64,000 nt of DNA from Dehalococcoidia bacterium (lineage in GTDB: Bacteria; Chloroflexota; Dehalococcoidia; Lucifugimonadales; UBA3495), in the NCBI GenBank assembly GCA_965237775.1, contig OZ250155.1, forward strand, positions 4,703,814 to 4,767,813. The letters run 5' to 3'. The notes below the pieces were generated by a model. The model searched no databases, was not told the origin of the DNA, and worked only from the letters and a program-made list of their open reading frames with translations. Both the position numbers and the translations under genes were made by a program. This document shows positions 10,101 to 18,912 of this stretch, piece by piece. Each line of letters opens with the position of its first letter. The stretch's first letter is position 1.

Positions 10101-12266
10101 CTGAATAAGGGTTTGACGGTGTTTCGCCCAGCCATGACCATTCGCCTGGAGCCAGAAAGGCGGGGATTCGCCCAGTCGGACTTCGCATCTCTCAAGCTGC
10201 ATTACGACGAACAGGTTCGACAGATCCACGTGATGGCGGAATACGTGCAGCGGGGCCTTGAATCCATGGCCAACGCGCTCCGCCTAGCCCTAGACTACTT
10301 TACGCTTCGGGAAGAGCAATTTCTGCAAAGATGGCTGCCAAACCGGGACAGCGAGATTTCGCGGCAGACCACGCCGGAATCGTGGCAGACGATCGTCGAG
10401 AGCCTGAACAACCCCGTCCAGCGCCGCATCGTGGTAGACGACCGGGAGCAGACCAACGTCCTTGTGCTCGCTGGCCCCGGCTCTGGCAAAACCAGAGTGC
10501 TGGTGCACCGGATCGCCTATCTGATACGGGTGAAGCGCGAGGACCCTCGCGGAATTCTGGCTCTCGCCTACAACCGCCACTCGGCGGCGGAGATCCGCCG
10601 CCGTCTTGCGGACCTCATCGGCGACGACGCCCGTGGTGTGATGGTGCTCACTTGCCACGCCCTCGCCATGAGAATGGTTGGCGCGAGTTTCTCGGGCCGC
10701 GCGAACCGCTTGGACGAAGGTGAATTCCAGCAAGTGCTTCGACAGGCGGCTGACCTGCTGCGTGGGAAAGGACTGCCGCCCGATGAAGCGGACGAGTACC
10801 GGGCGCGTTTGCTGGCGGGTTTCCGCTGGATTTTGGTGGACGAGTACCAGGACATCGGTCCGGACCAATACGAGCTGATCTCCGGTCTGGCGGGCAGGAC
10901 TCTTTCCGAAGAAGACGACAAGCTCAGCCTCTTCGCGGTGGGAGACGACGATCAGAACATCTACGCTTTTAACGGCTCGTCGGTGGAGTTTATCCACCGG
11001 TTCGAGGCGGACTACGGGGCCAAACCTACCTTCCTCACCGACAACTACCGCTCCACGGGCCATATCATCGACGCCTCAAATGCGGTGATCGAGCCGGCGC
11101 GGCAACGGATGAAGGCTGGACACCCGATCAGCATCAACCGGGCGCGAGCTAGGGAATTACCCGGCGGTGTCTGGTCTCAAAGGGACCCCGTCTCGCGCGG
11201 TCAAGTACAGATATTGCCAGCCGGCGACACCCCTATCACTCAAGCTCAGATGGTCGTCGCCGAGCTGAAGCGGCTGTCCGGCCTCACTCCGGATTGGTCC
11301 TGGTCTACCTGCGCGGTGGTGGCGCGGGAATGGAGCTTCCTGGACCCGGTGCGCAGCCTCTGTGAGCTTGAGGGAATTCCGGTGCAGATGGCGAACGAAG
11401 AGTTCTCGGGCATCTGGCATTTGCGGGAGACCCGGGCGCTACTGAACTGGCTGCGCGGGCGAGACTCCAACTTGGTGAAGAGCGCGGACCTAGACGAATG
11501 GCTGACTGGGCAACCCTCAAATCCTTGGAACGAGCTGTTGGGAGAAGCCGTCGCGGAGTTCGAGTTGGAGACTAGCGACTTGGAAACGCCGGTGGACTAC
11601 TTTATCGAATGGTTAGCCGAGTGGGGACGGGAAGTACGCCGCCGCCAGCGCGGGTTGATGTTGCTGACCGCCCACCGGGCCAAAGGCTTGGAGTTCGACC
11701 ACGTGGTGGTGCTGGACGGAGGTTGGGACCGCCTTTCACGCGGCGAAGATGCGGACGCCCCGCGCCGCCTTTACTACGTGGCCATGACCCGCGCGCGGCA
11801 GACGCTCATCCTCGCTCGTTTTCCCGGACCGCATCGGCTTCAGGATGCCTTGGTGGACCGTCCCTCGGCGCTGCGCCGGGCGGACTCCGTCAAACTCCCA
11901 CCGGCGTCGCCTGGACTCGAACGCCGCTATCGGCGCCTCAGTCTACGCGACGTCTTTCTCAGCTTCGCTGGATACAGGCAGCCTGGCCATCCGGTGCATC
12001 GCGCCATTGCCGCCCTCTCACCCGGAGATCCGCTGCAATTGCGGGTTGGGTCGAGGCGCTGGGATCTTTTGGATAGCAACGGTACTGTCGTAGGACAACT
12101 TGCCAGTGGTTTCGAGCCGCCCACCGGCCTTCGCTGCTCCTTTGCCACGGTCATGGCCATCGCCACCTGGGATAGGGAGCGTTCGGAGCCGGAGTTTCAG
12201 GACGGCCTTCGGTGCGACACTTGGGAAGAGGTCGTTCCGGAGTTGGTCTTCGAGCCGGATTCGTGA
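7155..12266 (+). CDS. Exonuclease-like / RecQ helicase / UvrD-type helicase triple fusion (1703 aa)
   Basis: GTG start ~10 nt after GGAGGG. The N-terminus has DnaQ-like Exo I/II motifs (LSLDLEV, LGHNLIDFDLPQL). The RecQ core has ILPTGAGKSLCYQVPAL, VLDEAHCLSSWGHDFRPDY, LCLTATA, IVATNAFGMGIDKPDVRLVIH and QEAGRAGRD. The C-terminal UvrD/PcrA core has VLAGPGSGKTRVLVHRIAYL, ILVDEYQDIGPDQYELI, VGDDDQNIYAFNGS, TDNYRST, LLTAHRAKGLEFDHVVVLD and YVAMTRARQTLIL. Confidence 0.85.
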   Translation: MPDESSLLLARCLSLDLEVGVKDRRIHALAGVRADTGQSLTLSVAGGRLASALAKLDDLAEGADFVLGHNLIDFDLPQLQAVNPGLRLLRLPAVDTLRLNPLAFPRNPYHHLVKHYQDGQLKRGRINDPELDARLALEVFQDQQKALKTAPAGLLAAWHWLTAADDGEGFDRVFEYLRNSPRPSDAEGRDAIYRVLDGSSCQTHAREATADAARRGWGVAYALAWLSVSGGNSVMPPWVRHQFPEAGKLVRRLRDTACVDPGCGWCRQRHDARKELTRWFGFDDFRPEPMDEAGRPLQQSIVEAVMAGEHVLGILPTGAGKSLCYQVPALSRYDKTGALTVVVSPLVALMADQVEGLEARGIGSCVTINGFLSMPERADALDRVRLGDASILIVSPEQLRNVSLRRVLDQREIGAWVLDEAHCLSSWGHDFRPDYRYVGRFIREKAGEESAPPVLCLTATAKPDVKSDIVNYFEKELGVKLKVFDGGAQRTNLDFVVVQTTSGQKFAHVHQILTADLPTDGPGGAIVYCATRRQTEELAEFLQSAGLESAHFHAGLPPETKKNVQQSFIRGDLRAIVATNAFGMGIDKPDVRLVIHADIPGSLENYMQEAGRAGRDQQSARCVLLYTPDDVERQFGMSARSRLTRREIHGVLRALRNLDRKNRLNGEVVATAGEILGEDEDKVFERDSATDDTRVRTAVAWLEDAVLLTREENRVQVFPSSLRVGSIEEARAKLANARIADAYRRQLLAISASLIEADPDEGISTDELMTVSGLTPERVRGALHDLEGLGIASNDTALTAFVHAGVDRNSKKRFDEAAELEKGLIDLLREAAPDMGRGDTSMLHLRLATQQLKDEGHTYALPERLGRIVRSIAADGRGDGGSGGSLGIRGRDPETLQVTLQREWGALEKTAELRRAAASRLLDHLLACLPPGSRGTDLLAETTLGKLLAAIKADMVLTSEVREPAKLMDRALLWLHEQEVVRLNKGLTVFRPAMTIRLEPERRGFAQSDFASLKLHYDEQVRQIHVMAEYVQRGLESMANALRLALDYFTLREEQFLQRWLPNRDSEISRQTTPESWQTIVESLNNPVQRRIVVDDREQTNVLVLAGPGSGKTRVLVHRIAYLIRVKREDPRGILALAYNRHSAAEIRRRLADLIGDDARGVMVLTCHALAMRMVGASFSGRANRLDEGEFQQVLRQAADLLRGKGLPPDEADEYRARLLAGFRWILVDEYQDIGPDQYELISGLAGRTLSEEDDKLSLFAVGDDDQNIYAFNGSSVEFIHRFEADYGAKPTFLTDNYRSTGHIIDASNAVIEPARQRMKAGHPISINRARARELPGGVWSQRDPVSRGQVQILPAGDTPITQAQMVVAELKRLSGLTPDWSWSTCAVVAREWSFLDPVRSLCELEGIPVQMANEEFSGIWHLRETRALLNWLRGRDSNLVKSADLDEWLTGQPSNPWNELLGEAVAEFELETSDLETPVDYFIEWLAEWGREVRRRQRGLMLLTAHRAKGLEFDHVVVLDGGWDRLSRGEDADAPRRLYYVAMTRARQTLILARFPGPHRLQDALVDRPSALRRADSVKLPPASPGLERRYRRLSLRDVFLSFAGYRQPGHPVHRAIAALSPGDPLQLRVGSRRWDLLDSNGTVVGQLASGFEPPTGLRCSFATVMAIATWDRERSEPEFQDGLRCDTWEEVVPELVFEPDS

Positions 12267-12961
12267 TTGCGCCGGAAGCTCCATGCGGCATTATCCAGAG
12301 GTAATATCGGGGTGTCTGGTCCGGTTGACTTCTTGGGACCTCCAGGAAGCGGTCAGAGTGGCCGGAGATCACCGTGATTGCGCCCGTGTCAGCAGTGCCA
12401 GCACTCTCACTCAAATCGGCGCATGTCATGTTCAATTAAAGGGTCCACTTCAGTTACATGTATTGGGTGAGTGTTCTTCGTCCATTACCACCAGAAACCT
12501 ACAACTATGCTTGTACTGGGTCAAGTGTACGCTATATGAGGTGAATGGACTGGGGTAAAATATAAGTTTTTGAAGGATTAGATATCCTGGTCAAGCGAGG
12601 ATCGACCCACTCGGGACTCGGGTTTCCCGACCCCTGGGAACGTTGTTTCAAGATCGGACATGGACATACTTGCGGTCGCGCACGGCTTCCATAGTGGGCC
12701 GGGGCGGGTGTACGGAGCAGACCGTAAGCTGTCGGCTCGTGAGTCTGTCCGGGTTCAGGTAGCAGCTATCCCAGGGAGGTGGTGCTGGCTGTGGAGGGAC
12801 AACTTCTCAGAGGGGGCAGACCGCCAACCTGAAGACAAGAAAATTAGTGCCCAGATATTGGCTCGGAAGACAGTCTATGGTACGAGACACGGACGAGGGA
12901 GCCACTGGAGGTGGCCCCGTCGCACGCCCCCGATGTCCTCGGCTGCCCGAGAGAATGCCGG

Positions 12962-13609
12962 TTACTCGTCCCAGGTGTCGTCCAGAATCCGAGCGAGCGA
13001 AGCGTGATCCCTCAGGTCCGCCCGCTTGGTGGGGTTGAGCTTGGTGAAGATGTGGCGGATGTGGTTTCGGACCGAATTCGGGCTAATGCCTAGCTTGGCC
13101 CCAATCTCCTGGTTGGTCTGCCCATCGTCCACCAGGATAAGGACCTGCCGCTCCCTTCTGGTCAGACCACCCATGTTCATTACCTCCTTGTTGAACCGCA
13201 TGGAGCAGAGGGAGATTGCGGCCACCGGCGGAATGATATACAATGCTCCTACGGCATTGGCCCGGATGGTCATTACCACGTCAGACCAAGGAGTGTCCTT
13301 CAGCAGGTAGCCCATCGATCCGGCCTTCATCGCGGTAACGATATGCTCGTGGACCAACTCCGGCGACATTAAGATGACCCGGGCGTCTGGCGCCGCGTCG
13401 ACGATTCGCCGACAAGCCTCGAAACTGTTCATGTCGGGCATGTTTACGTTCAACAGGACTATCCGGGGATTGATTGCCCCAGCCTCCGTTATCGCCGAGG
13501 CAGCATCCCCGTAATGCCGGACCACTTCGATGTCCTCTTCGTTCTCCAAGGATAGTTTCAGCCCCAATCTCGGAAACTCGTTGCCGTCAACGATCATCAC
13601 TCTGATCAA
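12962..13609 (-). CDS. LuxR/NarL-type regulator with atypical (pseudo-)receiver domain
   Basis: 215 aa. The C-terminal LuxR HTH reads LTRRERQVLILVDDGQTNQEIGAKLGISPNSVRNHIRHIFTKL. The receiver-like N-terminus has MIVDGNEF in place of the usual DD pair, and LLNVNMPDMN where the phospho-acceptor Asp is expected (Asn instead). Confidence 0.75.
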   Translation of the reverse strand: MIRVMIVDGNEFPRLGLKLSLENEEDIEVVRHYGDAASAITEAGAINPRIVLLNVNMPDMNSFEACRRIVDAAPDARVILMSPELVHEHIVTAMKAGSMGYLLKDTPWSDVVMTIRANAVGALYIIPPVAAISLCSMRFNKEVMNMGGLTRRERQVLILVDDGQTNQEIGAKLGISPNSVRNHIRHIFTKLNPTKRADLRDHASLARILDDTWDE

Positions 13610-13810
13610 AACTGAAATCTTCCATAGAAAAGAGCCGGCCCTTAGAGTCCGGGCTAGAGATGGGCGGGGTGATTTTTCTATTGGGCGATGTGAAAGTACC
13701 AGTACAAAACGCGCCAGTATAATAGGACCATATGCAATATCGGAAGATATCGGCGAATCGCCAAACGAGAGATCAATGCGCGGAGGCGGTGGAAAAGTAG
13801 CCGGGAGCCT

Positions 13811-14456
13811 TCAGTGGCGCCCAGAGTCATCCAGAATACCCAACCGAGCGGCGTACGCGCCGAGTTGCGCCCGCTTGGAAAGTTCAAGCTTAGTGAAGAC
13901 GCGGCTGACGTGATTTCGGACGGTGAACGCGCTTAGGCCGAGCCTGGCCGCAATCTCTTTGTTGCTTTGGCCCGCGGCAACCAGGACCAAGACCTCGTTC
14001 TCCCGGTCTGTCAGGCGGGCTGCACCGGCTCCCGGCTCTGGACCAGGCAGGACGCTCAGGGTTCGCTCGACTACCCCCGTTGCCAAGAACAATTCTCCGG
14101 CGCGGCTGGAGCGAACGGCGCGGACCAGGTCGGCCAGTGGGGCGTTCTTCGGCAGGTATCCCGACGCTCCGGCCCTTATCGCCTCGATGGCCTCTTCGTC
14201 GGTCGGCTTCGATGCCAACATCACAACTCTAGAGCCAGTGGCCGCACCGGTGATCTGACGGCAGGCCTCCAATCCGTTCATGTCAGGCTTGCTGACGCTA
14301 AGGAGCGCCACGCCGGGATTGAGTCCTTCCACCTCGGCCACGGCTGCGGCCGCCTCTCCGAAGAGTCCGGCCACTTCGATGTCGTTTTAGCTCTCGAGAG
14401 CTGACTCCAGCCCCACTCGCAGGAACTCGTTATCGTCAACGATTATCACCCTGATC
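13811..14456 (-). pseudogene. Paralogous LuxR-type regulator with an in-frame TAA
   Basis: The minus strand from TTG 14456 reads LIRVIIVDDNEFLRVGLESALES*NDIEVAGLFGEAAAAV..., with the TAA at 14387-14389. This aligns with MIRVMIVDGNEFPRLGLKLSLENEEDIEVV of the neighbour. The acceptor position is LLSVSKPDMN (Ser). The C-terminal HTH is LTDRENEVLVLVAAGQSNKEIAARLGLSAFTVRNHVSRVFTKL. Confidence 0.7.
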
Positions 14457-14883
14457 AATTCCGAACATTCACCCCTAATGATCCTGAACCCATCTCTTTG
14501 TCCTACGTTGGGCTGGGTAATTTAGCCTTATCGGTGTGCGGAGTAACCCGCCTGTGAGAGGGGTCTCCGCGGCACGGCCGCGCCTGGTCTGCCTCAGGTT
14601 CGGTCCTTAAGCGTACTAAACCAAAGCCAAGGTGGGATGTGCATTTACAATACATCGGTGATTGGGCTGGGATTCTCGCAGAAATCCTTCGGCCTTTGAT
14701 TGCAGGACGGTGCGGCAGCGGTCCTTGACCTCGTCTTTCCGGATGGACAGCCCGCAGAGGAAATTCCCGACCCTCTCCTTTACCAGGGCCTTGGTTCCCA
14801 AGCACAGGTTTCCGGTGGCTTCCTCTCTCGCCCAGCCCCAGATGGCCTCATCGGCGCCTCCGTCCGGGCTGTAGCCCGGCAGA

Positions 14884-14906
14884 GCCTGCCCTCGTGAAAA
14901 CGGGGG
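14884..14906 (-). repeat. 23-nt micro-insert (CCCCCGTTTTCACGAGGGCAGGC), site 2 of the type-2 transposase
   Basis: Absent from the same position in copy B: LRLVNLPGYSPDFNADE there versus LRLMNPRFHEGRLC... here. Confidence 0.85.
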
Positions 14907-15106
14907 TTCATCAGCCGCAGCCCCAAGCCCGGCGTCCGCAGATACTCACGCACCGCCTCGCCGCGGTGCGCCGGCGCGTTGTCCCAAATCACGTTGAGCG
15001 GCCCGGAGTGCCTCTGCCGCAACCGCTCCAGGAAGGCAGCCGAGGTTCCGGAGTTGCTGTTCCCCTCCAGGTCCATCCACTCCACCTCACCGGTCTCCAG
15101 GCACAC

Positions 15107-15189
15107 TGCCGAGTAGTAGCTGGGCCGAGTAGTAGCTGGGCCGAGTAGTAGCTGGGCCGAGTAGTAGCTGGGCCGAGTAGTAGCTGGCC
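15107..15189 (-). repeat. 16-nt tandem repeat (TGGGCCGAGTAGTAGC; five copies of the core versus one in copy B)
   Basis: Read directly from the sequence: four full units at 15121-15184 plus a partial first and last unit. Copy B and copy C have a single CCAGCTACTACTCGG. Confidence 0.9.
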
Positions 15190-15225
15190 TTTTCGCCATA
15201 GCTCGGGCTGGTCGAGTCCACCAAA

Positions 15226-15248
15226 GCCTGCCCCCGTGAAAACGGGGG
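15226..15248 (-). repeat. 23-nt micro-insert (CCCCCGTTTTCACGGGGGCAGGC), site 1 of the type-2 transposase
   Basis: Perfect hairpin CCCCCG-TTTTCA-CGGGGG. Absent in copy B: GESALVDSSSPRYGEKASYYS there versus GEPAPRFHGGRLWW... here. Confidence 0.85.
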
Positions 15249-16208
15249 GCCGGCTCTCCCTTTAGCACCCATTTGCCTCTCAGTTCGGCATCGGCCCGGA
15301 AATGGGCCTCGTCGGCTATGAATATCTTCGCTCCCGTACGCCACGCCTCGTCCGACAGGGTGGCGTACTCCGCCACGAAGGCCTCCCGCTTCTGCTCATC
15401 TGCCTTGACCAGACGCTTCTTGGGACGCTTCAGGACAAACCCCAAGCGGTGCAGATAGTTCAGGCAAGTGCTGCGGCTCAGGCCAATGCCGAAACGCTTC
15501 GAGACAAACTGCCGCACCACTTTCCTCCTGAGCCTGCCGAAGGGTCCAGTTGGCCATTTCTATGCCCGACATCCCGGGCAACTCCCGCACTGCCCCCGTC
15601 AACTCCGCCTGTTGCGTCTCGCCAAGTGCGGGGGGAACCCCCGGTCTGCTCGAATATCAAGGCTGCAGGCCCTCCCTCGCCGAAGGCGGCGGCCCATCTG
15701 CCGATGGTGTGAGCATCCCGGCCCAGTGCCCGGGCGGTGCCCGAGGCGGTCAGGCCCCGGCACAGGAGCCACAGTGCGTGCCACCGTTCTCTCTCCCGGG
15801 GTGTCGGCGCTAGGTACATCCTGCTGCGCACACTAGCCAAGTCCAACTGCCACCCCTCCAAGTCCGGCCTTATCCCCCTCATACCCATCACCATCCCCAC
15901 TCAGTCTGCTCCCAGTCCCGACGCCATGCCTCCCTGATTCTAGCCGACGCAAATGCGGATTTCACCTTGGCTTTGGTTTAGTACTATAGCGCCATTATTT
16001 CCAAACCTAAATCCCGTCCTCTCTAGATTCTGACTGGCTTGAGCCAGCCCCCTTGGGCCGTCCGGTGACATGGGCAAGTTTCTATTGGAAGCCAGTTGGA
16101 TCGTCCGACGGACCGCTAGGTCCTCGCAAGCCTCCGCCCCCATATTGGCGTGGACCGCAGGTCTGAAGTGAGCGGTTGCCCATTAATTAGAGCAGCACTA
16201 TTGTCCTA

Positions 16209-17444
16209 AACCAAAGCTAAGGTGAAATGCGCAGAGTCATGGGGTAAATTTGTGGGGAGAACCGAGTTAACTGGTCTTTGAAGATGCGAGGGGTTGGTGA
16301 TGGGCGTGAGGGAGATGGAGCGGTTTCTGGAACAATGGCAGATGGATGCCAAGGGCTTGCGCCGCCGGATGATTCTGGCGCCAACGCCCAGGGAACGGGA
16401 GCGGTGGTACGCCATCTTGCTGCTGGCACAGGGCTGGACAGCATCAGGGACGGCGGAGGCGCTGGAACGGGACCCACACACCATAGGACGGTGGGCCGCC
16501 GCCTTCGGCGAGGGAGGGCCTGCAGCCTTGATATTCGAGCAGACCGGTGGTTCCCCCCCGCCCTTGGTGAGACGCAACAGGCGGAGTTGAAGGCAGCGGT
16601 GGAGGAGTTACCGGAGCAGGCGGGCATCGAACTGTCCAACTGGTATTGGAAGGTGGTGCGGCAGTTCGTTTCGGAGCGGTTTGACGTCAGTTTGAGCCGC
16701 AGCAGTTGCCTGAACTATCTGCACCGCTTGGGATTTGCCTTCAAGCGCCCCAAGAAGCATCTGCTCAAGGCGGATGAGGCCAAGCGGGAGGCTTTCGTAG
16801 CGCAGTACGCCGCCCTGTCGGAGGAGGCCATACGGTCCGGGGCCAAGATATTCTTCGCCGACGAGGCCCACTTCCGGGCGGACGCCGAACTGCGGGGCAA
16901 ATGGGTGCTCAGGGGAGAGTCGGCCTTGGTGGACTCCAGCAGCCCACGCTATGGGGAGAAGGCCAGCTACTACTCGGCGGTTTGCCTGGAGACCGGCGAG
17001 GTGGAATGGATGGAACTGGAGGGGAACAGCAACTCCGGAACCTCAGCCGTCTTCCTGGCACAACTGAGGGAGAGGCACTCTGGGCCGCTCAACGTGATCT
17101 GGGACAACGCGCCGGCACACCGTGGCGAGGCGGTGAGGGAGTATCTGCGGACGCCGGGGCTGGCGTTGAGGCTGGTGAATCTGCCGGGCTACAGTCCGGA
17201 CTTCAACGCCGATGAGGCCATCTGGGGCTGGGCCAGAGAGGAGGCGACGGGAAACCTGTGCTTGGGCAGCAAGGTCAAGGTGCAGGAGAGGGTCGATCAC
17301 TTCCTCGATGGGCTAGCCAAGCGGAAGGATGAGGTGAAGCGGCGCTGCCGCACCGTCCTGCAATCATGGGCCGAAAGTCTCCCGCGACACTCGCAGCCCG
17401 ATTCCGGGCTCACCCTAATTGCACATCCCACCTTGGCTTTAGTT
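16209..17444 (+). mobile_element. IS630 type 2, copy B, the only apparently intact copy
   Basis: Termini are AACCAAAGCTAAGGTGAAATG ... CATCCCACCTTGGCTTTAGTT with C-TA...TA-G flanks. It has no 23-nt inserts and no tandem expansion. Confidence 0.85.
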
Positions 17445-17447
17445 TAG
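16294..17447 (+). CDS. IS630 type-2 transposase (orfA plus orfB joined by a -1 shift in a C7 run)
   Basis: orfA reads ...RWAAAFGEGGPAALIFEQTGGSPP. The C7 run is at 16553-16559. The -1 frame continues ALGETQQAELKAAVEELPEQAGIELSNW... (track ORF 16278..17447). DDE residues lie in FADEAHF, IWDNAPAH and SPDFNADEAIW. Confidence 0.8.
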
Positions 17448-17540
17448 CTCTCTTCCTCAAAATGTCGGACGGCACTATATACATGCCACCGGGAGTTGTG
17501 AACACACTTGGTCTAGTGACAGGCGATGGCTCTAATATCA

Positions 17541-18628
17541 ATGACATAGGAGTTACGCAGTTGGATGGAGAGTGTACTTGGGATAAGCCAGGTAATCTCG
17601 TAGGGCCGAGCGGATGATGTTGGCTTTGGAGTCGTACCAGGAGACTCCGGCGCTCAAGCGGTGGGCTTCCAGCCGCAGGAAGGCTTGGAGGGACAGGCGG
17701 ATGTGATTCCGCTGTCCCTCTGCCGTACGCACTTGGCATTTCTCCACGCCACAACATTGTTTGAGACCCCGGTGGTACGTTTCGATTCCCCCGGCTTGGC
17801 GCGCCAGGCTTTCCCGTTGTTGCTCCGTCATTTCCAGGTCATTGGTGGCCCAGTGTTCCACGTCCCCGTCTTTGGAGACCGTCCGAAACACTCGGATAAA
17901 CCCATAGCCTCGCAGATGCACCTGCCGGCCTCCCTGGGGTATCGCCACGGTGGCCAAGGGCAAGTTCCCCGCTCCCTCTGGATTCACCCGCCGGTTGGAC
18001 CGCAATTGGCTCAGCCAGAACCATCCCTTATCCCTGATGGCTTTCAAATTCTCCAAGCTGGTATACCAACTGTCGAACAGCACCCACCGGGGCTGAAAGC
18101 CCCGCCCCTCCGCCACCTCCAGCATCCGCCGGAAGTGGTCGTTCTTGGTCAGACCGCTTAGGGGACGGTCATAGGCCCGGAAATCGCAGGGTATCAGCGC
18201 ATTGCCATCAGTCCACAACAAGGTCAGCAGGTTGATGCCCCATACCACTCGCTTGTGCTTGCCGCTCCAATGTCGGAACACCAGTTCCATCCGCTTGGCG
18301 TAGGGCTTGTCCAGGGTGGTGTCGTCCAGCACCAGCACCCCCTCCTCCCGTCGCACCAGTCCCTGGGTTTCCTGCCACAGCGCCTCCGTGTCGGGGGGCT
18401 GTCTCCGCAGCAGACGGGTGAATGCGTCATGGGCTGGAGCTTGCGGTGATTCCGGTTGACACCGCGCCGCTTCGCTGCAGGTAAATCTCCTCTGGGCTGC
18501 CACCAAGAACTGAATGTAGTCCACCGCATCACATTTGGCCGGGTTCATCTCCCCCACCTCCGCCTCACTCCTTCTATCTTATCCCATCCCCAGCCTTAGC
18601 TCTCTCAACTGCGTAACTCCTATGACAT
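17541..18628 (-). mobile_element. IS701/IS4-like insertion sequence with 23-bp terminal inverted repeats
   Basis: ATGACATAGGAGTTACGCAGTTG (17541-17563) matches the reverse complement of CAACTGCGTAACTCCTATGACAT (18606-18628) at 22 of 23 positions. Confidence 0.8.
17553..18557 (-). CDS. DDE transposase (IS701/IS4-like), 334 aa
   Basis: Track ORF with VLVLDDTTLDKPYAK, VLFDSWYTS and GGIETYHRGLKQCCGVEKCQ, which look like DDE-type motifs. Confidence 0.75.
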   Translation of the reverse strand: MGEMNPAKCDAVDYIQFLVAAQRRFTCSEAARCQPESPQAPAHDAFTRLLRRQPPDTEALWQETQGLVRREEGVLVLDDTTLDKPYAKRMELVFRHWSGKHKRVVWGINLLTLLWTDGNALIPCDFRAYDRPLSGLTKNDHFRRMLEVAEGRGFQPRWVLFDSWYTSLENLKAIRDKGWFWLSQLRSNRRVNPEGAGNLPLATVAIPQGGRQVHLRGYGFIRVFRTVSKDGDVEHWATNDLEMTEQQRESLARQAGGIETYHRGLKQCCGVEKCQVRTAEGQRNHIRLSLQAFLRLEAHRLSAGVSWYDSKANIIRSALRDYLAYPKYTLHPTA

Positions 18629-18912
18629 TAGGTTCGCCGATAATATATGGCAGTTAACGAAACGGATTGAAGGGTGGATAGTCAATAACTACCCGCAAGT
18701 ATATGAAAATGCCGGACAACTGGGCTATCATTTCAAAGAACCCATCTCATTCGTGCTTTCAGCAACCCAACCGGGTGTCTATTGGGACATTTCGGAACCT
18801 AACAGTCATTTTCGGTTCCGCATATGGCAAGATGATGTATCCAAGGCAGGCTCAGACAACGCGGCATCCTCAGCCTGATGATATCTATTGAATCGCTTTC
18901 GGACTAGAGAAC

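Larger units (their letters stand above)
14619..15978 (-). mobile_element. IS630-family insertion sequence, type 2, copy A (transposase broken)
   Basis: Termini are AACCAAAGCCAAGGTGGGATG ... CACCTTGGCTTTGGTT, sitting inside C-TA...TA-G (CTAG target with TA duplicated). orfA is 15478..15900. orfB (14780..15520) carries two 23-nt inserts and a 16-nt tandem expansion. The C-terminal piece is in another frame (14616..14801). Confidence 0.85.

Noticed and set aside
14387-14389. In-frame stops as evidence of stop-codon reassignment or programmed readthrough (also 55106, 55157, 55723 and ~51975)
   Set aside because: The stops are a mix of TAA and TAG. All well-supported genes in the window terminate normally on TAA, TAG or TGA. 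The affected genes show other decay, so ordinary pseudogenisation is simpler.
15107-15189. Possible CRISPR array (also considered for 45941-45976 and 54561-54690)
   Set aside because: The units are directly tandem (16, 12 and ~25 nt) with no unique spacers, and no cas genes are present. They are simple tandem repeats.
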